From Nitrospira sp. (lineage in GTDB: Bacteria > Nitrospirota > Nitrospiria > Nitrospirales > Nitrospiraceae), in NCBI GenBank assembly GCA_047150005.1, contig AP038806.1, forward strand, positions 1,600,001 through 1,664,000: 64,000 nucleotides of DNA, in the 5' to 3' direction. The notes under the pieces are model-generated. The model was not told where the DNA came from and searched no databases. It saw only the letters and a program-made list of their open reading frames with translations. This document shows positions 53,135 through 61,800 of the stretch, one piece after another (positions within the stretch are counted from its first letter, which is position 1; each line of letters starts with the position of its first letter). A program made the position numbers and the translations under genes.

Positions 53135-53617
53135 CTACTGGGAGCGCGACAATTGACCGGCGCTCAGTCGATACATGTCATGACAGGTCGTGCAGCGCGC
53201 GGTCATGCTCGACAGACGACGCAGAATCTGTTGAGACGTTTCCTTCTCGACGATCGCATCCGCCAGCGCATCCATGTCTTTGTGGATCGACATGCCCATT
53301 TGTTTGAACGGCAGGGGAAGTTTCGCCATGATCGCCGGATTGACATCCGCCGCCATGCCCATCCCTACCGCCCTCGCCGCCTGCTCCGCGGATTGCAGGT
53401 CCGGTTGCGGCTCCCCGAGGCCTCTGACGATGCCGTCCACGGCTTTCAACAGCTGCCGCATCTCCCCGAGAATCAGGTCCCGTTCACCGGCCGCCAATGC
53501 AATCTCGGTGCGGCCGTCAGTAGCCGGTGCCGTCCAACCCTTGACGAACAACCACCCGGCGGCGCCGAGCGTGACCAACCACAGAAGTGCTGCGACGGCA
53601 CAGACCTTCCCTCTCAT
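53135..53617 (-). CDS. Membrane-anchored cytochrome c'-like (class II) protein
   Basis: N-terminal TM, helical body, C-terminal CTTCHDMYR. Confidence 0.78.
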   Translation of the reverse strand: MRGKVCAVAALLWLVTLGAAGWLFVKGWTAPATDGRTEIALAAGERDLILGEMRQLLKAVDGIVRGLGEPQPDLQSAEQAARAVGMGMAADVNPAIMAKLPLPFKQMGMSIHKDMDALADAIVEKETSQQILRRLSSMTARCTTCHDMYRLSAGQLSRSQ

Positions 53618-53850
53618 ATGATCTCGAGAGTGCAAGGAAGAAACCGCAGACTGTGAGCGGGCAGACCGGCGCTTGTGCCGGAAAATCCGACCGTTGTTCT
53701 TCGTGAGCACCTGAATAAGGGGAGCCCTGCCTCAAGTTGCCCTTCATGGCTGTCGCAGAATGGGGCAGGAGAGATTATGATTGCGCCACCACCGCGGCTG
53801 CCATCAACACTTCGACTGCGACGAACGAGGCAAACCGCGTGCGGATGCCT

Positions 53851-54110
53851 TAGCCCGCATTATTCATGACGGTTCGTGACGAAACCGCCAAGACGTCAGG
53901 CGAGACGGGCGCACGGAGCCCCGAGAGACCGAGGCATACTTGAAACAGGATATTCGGGTAGAGGCGCGTCTCGGCGCGCCTGGGGTGGGCGGGTGAAACT
54001 GACGCCTGAGCGGCGAGCCTGTCTGCTTGGCTGCGGGAACCTCGCAGCCAAGCTTGTCGCAGCGGCGTATCGGCGGTTGCAGTAGAAGCGCTCATGAATA
54101 ATGTGGGCTA
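53851..54110. mobile_element. Non-autonomous MITE-like element, copy 2
   Basis: TA + GCCCGCATTATTCATGA ... TCATGAATAATGTGGGC + TA. Confidence 0.8.
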
Positions 54111-54827
54111 GAAGCCGATGGCGACGTAGCCGCCCACGGTGCCGTAGTTGTTGACGGTGTTCGTCGCGCCCGACGCCAGATGATATCGTCCGTCCATGCC
54201 GAGCCAGAGTTCCTTCCAGACCCGGAATTCCGCGCCTGCGCCGAACTGGACGCCGATGTCGAGATAGTTTGTCTGATTAGAGGGCGGGCTAATCACGTGG
54301 AAGTCCAGTCCGACGGGTATCACCCAGGGCTGGAAGCCGGTGCCCTGTCTGAATTTGAGCTTTGGCGCCACATCGATGGTCAGCATGGTCACCTGTGTCT
54401 TGGCGAATGGCGCGCCGGTCAGAGCTGAGTCCGAATTGGCGACGGTCTGTGAACTGAATCGCTTATATTCCACGCCGATTTCCCCGACGATGCCCAGGCC
54501 TTGCATCATCCCCCAGGCGTCTTTCGTCAGCATGAGATCTGTTCCGGCGCCGATATAGTAGCCCGAACTATCATCGTTCGACGGGCCGCCGGCCAGCCCA
54601 TGCACGTTGGTGAACAATTCGCCGCCGCGGCTGCTGTTCAGGGCGGCCCAGCCGCCTCGAAAGAACACTCGGTTTCCTGTCGCCGTTGGCGCCGAGGCCG
54701 GCTGCGTGGATGCCTGGTCCTCAGCCAAGGCCGACCAGGCACCACAGACAACGACTCCCGCGGCGATCACAAGAGCGACACGCCACAGTCCAATGGTCCG
54801 GCTGCTCTTCCTCCGGTGAATCTGCAT
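54108..54827 (-). CDS. Outer-membrane beta-barrel protein
   Basis: Signal (ALA-E), alternating beta strands, C-terminal YVAIGF. Confidence 0.78.
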   Translation of the reverse strand: MQIHRRKSSRTIGLWRVALVIAAGVVVCGAWSALAEDQASTQPASAPTATGNRVFFRGGWAALNSSRGGELFTNVHGLAGGPSNDDSSGYYIGAGTDLMLTKDAWGMMQGLGIVGEIGVEYKRFSSQTVANSDSALTGAPFAKTQVTMLTIDVAPKLKFRQGTGFQPWVIPVGLDFHVISPPSNQTNYLDIGVQFGAGAEFRVWKELWLGMDGRYHLASGATNTVNNYGTVGGYVAIGF

Positions 54828-55479
54828 GATGTCTCTCCTCTTGGTTGTTCGCCGAGGAGCACGGCCCTTCCTTCGAGCGATGAGCTGACATGCGCTCGCC
54901 GGCCCGAGACATCAGCATGGTGAATAGACGAAGCATCAAACTGGCTATCAACCTCCCGCTCCGAAGGGCATGAGCAGGGGAGCTTTCGAGCCCCTTTGAC
55001 GTGGTGGCTTGCTGGCGCACGGGACCGCGCGGCCATGATGCAGGTAGGTGCCAGAATGTTCGACGGGGAGATCGCCGGGGTTCCGATACATATTCCTCAC
55101 TGCCCCCGGCCTGGAGGGTCCACATGAGACGACGACTGCGAGCGACTTAGTGCACGATCCGTTCTTGGCGTTCCTCCAAGTTCATCGTCTTGCAAATAAC
55201 TGATTTCTCATCTTCGCGAATGGGTCAGCGCGAACAGCGAGCTTCGATGTGGGGAGTTTTTCCACTGACGGCGCGACGGCTACTGTTCCGACCTGCCACA
55301 GGATCGATGCCGTGACTTCGGCAAGCAGGCTCACCGCACGTCCTGAGGATAGGCGGGCACGGGACAAAAAGACCTGACGTGGAGGGATGAGGAGGCGCCC
55401 CGCGCTCGCGGGACACGGCCAGGCACCGGGGACAGATGAATTGACAATGGGACGCCCAGGCCCGGTCCGGACATCGTCC

Positions 55480-55697
55480 GGCAGAAACCGACGCGGTCTC
55501 CCTGCTCGTGACCCGGCACATCGTTCCGATGGGCCTCGCCCTCGAGACGTTCGACCTCGGCCAGACAGGGCTCGACGACCCTCGGTGGAGCGAACCGTTC
55601 CAACAGGACGAACTCGTGCTGGTCCCAACGGGCTCTTTGGATCTCGTGCCGATCGTCCCGATCGACGGCTGCCGCGAGATCCGCCGTGATGTCGGAC
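55480..55697 (-). pseudogene. Possible decayed N-terminal fragment of a 2OG-Fe(II) oxygenase-like gene
   Basis: Protein-like frame WDQHEFVLLERFAP...AEVERL...HRNDVPGH without a clear start or continuation; family call from memory only. Confidence 0.3.
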
Positions 55698-55732
55698 GCA
55701 GGGTGTGTCCGCGGCAGTCCACGTTCCTTCCC

Positions 55733-56704
55733 CTAGCTCCTGTCTTTCTCGCTTGAGGATTGACCGATGACGCTCGGCGGTTGCATCGATTTGGCGCACC
55801 GGAATCCCAACCAATTGATCTTGGTGGTCGGGTCGGTCCCGTTCCGCATCGCCACCCGCATGGTCGTCGTGCTGTCCATCCACCCGCCGCCGCGAAACGC
55901 TTTCTGGGTTCCCGTCTCCGGTCCTTTCGGGTTCCGGTCCGGCGCCGTCTTGTAATAGTCCTGATCGTACCAATCGGAGACCCATTCGGCGACATTGCCC
56001 ATCGTTTGATAGAGCCCATACGGACTCACCGAATTTTCATACTTGTCCACCGCGATGATCGGTGGATACATCAGCAGCCGTTCCGGCCTGTCCCGCACCG
56101 GGCCCGAGAGACCTGTGCGGCCAAAATTCACACGGCTCAGGCCGGCCGGCTGGTTCCCCCAGGGATTCAGGCGCCCGTCCTCTCCGCGGGCCGCCTTTTC
56201 CCATTCCGCTTCCGTCGGGAGCCGCTTCCCGGCCCAGGTGCAGTAGGCGTCGGCGTCAAACCAACTGACGTGCATGATGGGGTGATTCGCCATCGCTCCC
56301 TGGAAATTGCCTCCGTCGTACCGCCAGTCAATTTGCGGGTTCCGCCCCGTCTCCAGAACGAACTTGAGATACTGGAGATTCGTGACCTCATACTTGTCGA
56401 TCTCAAAGGCATCGAGGGAGATGCGACGCTGCGGTAACTCCGCCTTGTAGGCATTCCGGTCCACTTTCTTGTCGCTGCCCATGACGAATTCGCCGGCGGG
56501 TATCCGGACCATTTCTGCTTTGGGAGCCCACGTGGACACCCGCTCGGCCGCCAGCTTCTTGCCGTCCTCCGTCCATTCCACCGTGATGTCCTGCGTGTCG
56601 AGACCCCAGGCGACGCGCGCCAGAGTGAACAGCGCGATAGTGATCAGCAAGGCGTTGATGATCCGGTCCCGGTTTTTCAAATTGTACATGTCGTTTCGTT
56701 CCAC
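55733..56704 (-). CDS. FGE/SUMF1-fold (PvdO/EgtB-like) protein
   Basis: IDKYEVTN, KRLPTEAEWEKAARG, GNVAEW, RGGGW, GFRCA. Confidence 0.9.
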   Translation of the reverse strand: MERNDMYNLKNRDRIINALLITIALFTLARVAWGLDTQDITVEWTEDGKKLAAERVSTWAPKAEMVRIPAGEFVMGSDKKVDRNAYKAELPQRRISLDAFEIDKYEVTNLQYLKFVLETGRNPQIDWRYDGGNFQGAMANHPIMHVSWFDADAYCTWAGKRLPTEAEWEKAARGEDGRLNPWGNQPAGLSRVNFGRTGLSGPVRDRPERLLMYPPIIAVDKYENSVSPYGLYQTMGNVAEWVSDWYDQDYYKTAPDRNPKGPETGTQKAFRGGGWMDSTTTMRVAMRNGTDPTTKINWLGFRCAKSMQPPSVIGQSSSEKDRS

Positions 56705-56722
56705 GATTTGGCCTCCTTGCTG

Positions 56723-57751
56723 TTAATGCCGCCGTTCGTGATGGGCCGATCGTCCACCGATGGAACGCTGGACGGTGAGCCTGTCGAGTCGCGGCGTGTC
56801 CTGAGTCGGTCTGGGCTCCGGTTCCGCGCTTCCTTCTTGCGCGCCATGCGGCTTGACGGAGTCGATCGAAGTCTGCACGATCGAGGAGTGCTTCGAGACT
56901 CTCGCGCACCGAAAGCCCGTCAGGTAACTCCTGCGGTCCGGCGCCCCGGCGTTCCGTCCGGCCGAGCGGGCAACTTCCGGATCCTCGTTCCATGACCCGC
57001 CTCGAAAGACTTTGTCCACTCCGTGCTGCGGCCCGGCAGGATTCCTGTTCTCGTCGCGCTGGTAGTATTCCGGATCGAACCAATCAGCGACCCACTCGCT
57101 GACGTTCCCCGCCATCTGGTGCACCCCATAAGGGCTCACGCCTTGATCGTAGCGATTCACGTTCGCGAGCGGAGGGTACTTGAATCCACGTTTGGAACCG
57201 GGATGCGCGATGTTGCTCTTGAGCCATCCGGCAGGCTCATTCCCCCACGGAAACACTCGCCCGTCTTCGCCCCTTGCCGCTTTCTCCCACTCCGCTTCCG
57301 TGGGCAGCCGCTTCCCCGCCCACCGGCAGTACGCATCGGCGTCGTTCCAACTCACATTGATTACGGGGTGAAGGGCGGCCTTTTCCTGGAATGGACTCTC
57401 GCGCCAAAACCGCGGCCAATCCGCTCCCGTGGCCAGGACATAGCGAAGGTAATCCACGTTCGAGACTTCGTACTTGTCGATCTCAAACCCGTCCACGTAC
57501 ACGTTGTGTTGAGGTAGCTCCTGCGGTCCTGCCGCTCTGTCGATCTTCGGATCGCTACCCATGAGGAACCAACCGGCCGGCACCTCGACCATGCCTACCG
57601 GCGCGTCCATCGCGGCGAGCCGCTCCGGTCCGTCGAGCGGTGTCCAGAGCGGCGGCTGTTTCGACGATTCGTGATCGGCCTTGGCTGGCGTCACTGAAGC
57701 ACACAGAGCGACTAGCAGCGCGACCGCAAGGCGAAAGGGGGTAACCCCCAT
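56723..57751 (-). CDS. FGE/SUMF1-fold (PvdO/EgtB-like) protein, exported
   Basis: Signal (AKA-D); KRLPTEAEWEKAARG, GNVSEW, RGGSW, GFRCA. Confidence 0.9.
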   Translation of the reverse strand: MGVTPFRLAVALLVALCASVTPAKADHESSKQPPLWTPLDGPERLAAMDAPVGMVEVPAGWFLMGSDPKIDRAAGPQELPQHNVYVDGFEIDKYEVSNVDYLRYVLATGADWPRFWRESPFQEKAALHPVINVSWNDADAYCRWAGKRLPTEAEWEKAARGEDGRVFPWGNEPAGWLKSNIAHPGSKRGFKYPPLANVNRYDQGVSPYGVHQMAGNVSEWVADWFDPEYYQRDENRNPAGPQHGVDKVFRGGSWNEDPEVARSAGRNAGAPDRRSYLTGFRCARVSKHSSIVQTSIDSVKPHGAQEGSAEPEPRPTQDTPRLDRLTVQRSIGGRSAHHERRH

Positions 57752-57768
57752 ATCCCGCTATCCTCTCT

Positions 57769-58695
57769 TCAGTGTTCCTGCTTCTGGATCATCGGGTCGA
57801 TGTCTCTCTGCGTGTCCTCCGGCACGTTGTAGCGGACGTAAGGATGATCCATCACTTCATTGGCATAGAGTCGTCCGGTCGGGGCCGTGACCACGATGTC
57901 CGCTTGGGCTGTTCGAGCGGAGTCGATGGTGACGGTCTGTTCGATCGCGGTCCGGACGTAGGGATGCCAGACGACCAGCCTATATGTTCCGGGCGGCACG
58001 TCGGTCATGGTGAACCGGCCTTGCTCGTCTGTCTTGGCGAAGTACGGATTCGTCACGGCCAGGCCCCAACTCTCCATGTAGGCGTGGAAGCCGCATTGCA
58101 TGACGAAGACCCGGCGTCCTTTGCTGAGATTCACCAACTGCTTCATCGGCGCGCCGGCCATGTGCCGATGGTACAGCGCGGCGTCGCTCCGATCCTTGAA
58201 GTTGCGCGGGTGCTGTGGATTCATCGGCAGCGGCACGTTGAACAGGACGCGCGGACCCAGATGGGAGGTCTCGTACGCCTGAATGTCGTGCATGACCGGA
58301 TCCATGTTGACGACCGTCACCGTCTGATCGTCCCGCACCACTGTCGTGAACGGAACGAAGAGACAGTCTTTGGCCTCGACCTGCGGCAGGCCGACCTCGG
58401 CGAACGGTTTGCCTCGATCGATGTCTTCCAGATACACCACCACGTCTCGAAATTCTCCTTGCGGTCCGACCTGGAAGGGCTGCAGGATGCGCCAGCCTTG
58501 GCCATCGGAAATGCGCCCACAATAGTATTGGTCCGGCAACGTCACGAGGTTGTAGCCTTTCGGCTTGGGAACCTTCCCCTCGAGTGTCACAGTCCCACTC
58601 AGTGTGCCGCCGTCTGCGACCGTGATTTCTTCATAGGCGTGGACGGGAGTGCCCAGGCTTATCGCGATCAGTGCTGCCGTAAGATATTTGATCAT
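57769..58695 (-). CDS. Exported carboxypeptidase-regulatory-like domain protein with cupredoxin-type motif
   Basis: Signal (VHA-Y); NMDPVMHD, CGFHAYM, FAKTDEQGRF...VPPGTYRLVVWHP. Confidence 0.8.
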   Translation of the reverse strand: MIKYLTAALIAISLGTPVHAYEEITVADGGTLSGTVTLEGKVPKPKGYNLVTLPDQYYCGRISDGQGWRILQPFQVGPQGEFRDVVVYLEDIDRGKPFAEVGLPQVEAKDCLFVPFTTVVRDDQTVTVVNMDPVMHDIQAYETSHLGPRVLFNVPLPMNPQHPRNFKDRSDAALYHRHMAGAPMKQLVNLSKGRRVFVMQCGFHAYMESWGLAVTNPYFAKTDEQGRFTMTDVPPGTYRLVVWHPYVRTAIEQTVTIDSARTAQADIVVTAPTGRLYANEVMDHPYVRYNVPEDTQRDIDPMIQKQEH

Positions 58696-58717
58696 CGTCC
58701 TTCCTCCGGCCTCTGCT

Positions 58718-58882
58718 TAAGTTTTGAGTTTTCAGTTGTGAGTGTTGAGAACGTATAACTCTTGAAATGAGATAGGGGAGCTACACCGTCGGCGCAGCTC
58801 CCCTTCTTGTCGAGTGCTCAGTGCTGAGGACCGAGTGCTGAGATCGAACGCTCTCAGTCCCCAGTCCTCACGCCTTAGTCCT
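58718..58882. repeat. Intergenic heptamer arrays around a 9-bp-stem hairpin
   Basis: TAAGTTT-TGAGTTT-TCAGTTG-TGAGTGT; AGGGGAGCT..AGCTCCCCT (58774-58804); CGAGTGC-TCAGTGC-TGAGGAC-CGAGTGC ... CTCAGTC-CCCAGTC-CTCACGC-CTTAGTC. Confidence 0.72.
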
Positions 58883-58889
58883 TTCTGTT

Positions 58890-61800
58890 CTACCGCATAG
58901 CGGTTGGAATAGCCTGAGTTGCTGGCTCCTGCTCCGCCCGCTTGGCACCCATACCGGCCGCGCCCAGCGGTTGAATCCGTGCGTCACCGGCTGGCAACAC
59001 CCGGAGGTAGCCCCATTGCCCTGATTGCGTGTAGGGCAGCCGATTGTTCGACCACACGAAATCTCCGGCCTGGCGATACGGTCCGCCCGCTCCGCCGCGG
59101 ATGAAGACATCGAGGGTCTCGGATCCGGCGTACTCCACCACGCTGATCATATCGGCGCCCGGCATGTAGGGCTCGATCGGCCATTCATGGCCTTCGACGC
59201 CGAACATCCCGTTCTGCTCGCTATTGGCTCCGATCACATGGATACGAATCGGATCGCCGGCGTGCGCCTCGATCAGAGGTGTGGCCGGATCTTCGGGCTT
59301 GTCTACGACGCAGGGCTGGAAGATCTTGCCCAGCGAGCAGCCTTGTTCTTCACGGAACTTGTACGGTTCGGCGCGGTAGTTCACCGACGTCAGCCCCGCC
59401 ACGTTCTGCACGTAGGGCATGAACGCGGTCCCGATGATGTTGTCCTCGTCCTGGAAATAGAGGGCGACATCACGATAGTTCCGCTTGCCCACGTTCTCCG
59501 GCAGGCTGGCGTCGACGATGACGTCGGCCCTCCAGGAGTTTTTCTGTGAAAGGTCGGCGCCGGTGACAGGGTCGCGGTACTGCGATCCCTTCGGGCCGAC
59601 GATGACGGCCCCGTACAATCCGTTGCGCGGATTGACGACGATGTTGCCGCCGTCCCATACCAGCGACGTCGTCTCCTTGTTGGCAGGATGGGCGTAGTAG
59701 GTATAGGCGCGGCTCTCGCCGGGACCGACGGTCTGATCGCCGCCGTTGTTGCCGACGTTCAGGCCCTGGCTGTCTTTCGGATCGAAGGCCAATCCAGGGG
59801 CGAAGAAAGACGCCCGGCTGGCCTTCATCTTGTTCTTCAGATTCACCTTGATGCAGTCGCCCAGGTTGGCGCGCAGCGTCAGGGGATGGGGAGTCGTCCC
59901 GCTGGCCACCGTCGTCGCCTCCTCTTCGAGCGCGAAGATTTTGCCTTCCGGCATGGTCATTTCAATCTTCCGCTCGAAATCCACCTCGATCACATCCGGC
60001 GCCTTCTGGTTGAGTTTCATCGGGCGGTCCAACGCCACGACGTTGAAGTTCTTCACCGGAGCGTCGGCGGGACAGACTGAACTCGGCGTGGCGGGAATCC
60101 CGAGCGGATTGGTCCCCTTCGGGAGCGGCTTGAGGTCCGGCGTTTCCTTGTCGAGCACGCGCACGATTCCCCATCCGCCTTCGGCGAAGTGCGAGCTTCG
60201 GCCGTTGAAGTGGATGTAGTCGCCCGGCATACCCTGGAATCCGCCCGCCTTGGTCACGAGGTCGTACCGCTCGGCGATCCCGACGTGAATCGAGTTCTTC
60301 CGATTGGCGTCCGCCGCATACCGTTCCGTGAGGAAGGTATGGCCGGAGATCGTCCAGACGTGCGATTCGTTCATCAGCTGGTGCAACAGGCGGAACACCA
60401 TGGTGTCGCCCGTGTACGCCCGCAACAGCGGGGTATCAGGATCACCATGGATCGCGCTGCTGAACAGCTTGGACGTGTCCGGGTTGTTCGAGAGGCGTTG
60501 CGCAAACGGTTCCGCGCGGAAGTTGAACCCGCTGCCGGTCGTATGCGTGCCGCCGTTGATGTACTTGTTCGGCGCGTTCATGATCTTCTCGGGCATCTGG
60601 AACGACACCGTCTTACCCGCTTCCAACGCCACCTCGATCGGCTGTCCCGGAGGATTGCCGGCTTCGATGATGTTGACGGTGTGCGGCACCGTGTCGTGGA
60701 TGGAAACCATCAATTCACGGAAGCTGCCGCTGACACCGGCGCCGATCGGCTCGTTGCTGTGAATGTCCGCAATCGGGCCGCTGTAGACGAGCTTGCCGTT
60801 TTTCGGATCGTGATAGGTGGATCCGAACGGCTCGACCAGCGTCACGCCGAACCCGCCGTGCGGCCAGGTCGTCGCGCCGAACGCGTGGTCATGCCAGAAC
60901 ACGGTCCCCATATCCACGTCCACCCACCACCGATAGCGCACGAACTCCGGCGAGACGAGATCGTTGGCCGGGTGGTTGTGCTTCAGCGGTTTGAAGAACG
61001 TCACTTGATCGCCCTTGATGTCCTTGATGCGGGCGACCTCGGAGCAGCTTTTATCCCGAGGCAATGAGGCCGTGGGATCGTTGCCGTTCTCGAGACAATC
61101 CATGCCGACCATGACTTCGGTGTTCACATGGAACGCCGTGGCACCAGGAGCCATCTGGATCTTGATGCCGGTGGCTCCCGCTTTCGCGCCGCCGACGAGC
61201 TTGGCGACCATCGGCGCCGGCAGCCCGTGCTTTGTCTTCTTCCCGAACATGGTGAACGGGCGCACCGACATCTCGTACTCGAAGCCGGAGATCACGCCGT
61301 CCGAGTTCCCCGTGTCGAACTGGAAGAAGTGAGGATGGATGTTGATCTTCGACGATTGGAAATTGGTGTAATCGTCGTCGTCCCACTCGCTGGTGAGCAC
61401 CAGGTCCACGCAGTCATACACATTGGCGCGAATGACGGCGGGAAGTTTGAGATCATCGTTCGCCCTGATCAAGCGCTCTTCCTCGTGCAGGACATAAATC
61501 AGGCCGTCCTTGTCGACGATCGGAGGCTCTTTACCCTGTTTCTTGGCGAGTGTGATCGGCATCCGGGCAAAGTGAATGTTGTAGAACTTCTGATTGGCGT
61601 TGTCGGGACAGAGACTCCAACGGCCCTGCTCGCCGGGCTTGGCCGGTTCGGAGGTCCGTTCGCCGTTCGCATCCTGGTGGATCGGCTCCAGCCAGGGCGC
61701 ACCGCTGTGGTTCGCCGAGAAGGGCACACGTTTACCGAAGTGCGGCTTGAAGAGCGGCCAGGCCAGTTTCCCCGTCGTCGGATCGAACAGGATCGCCGGT

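Noticed and set aside
55039..55053. Sigma54-like TGGCAC...TGCA on the minus strand
   Set aside because: GG-GC spacing is 9 nt, not 10
54828..55470. Possible riboswitch or ncRNA upstream of the beta-barrel gene
   Set aside because: Hairpins are present but no family consensus is recognised; an Rfam/Infernal search would be needed
58718..58882. Possible CRISPR array
   Set aside because: Units are degenerate 7-mers without unique spacers, and no cas genes are present
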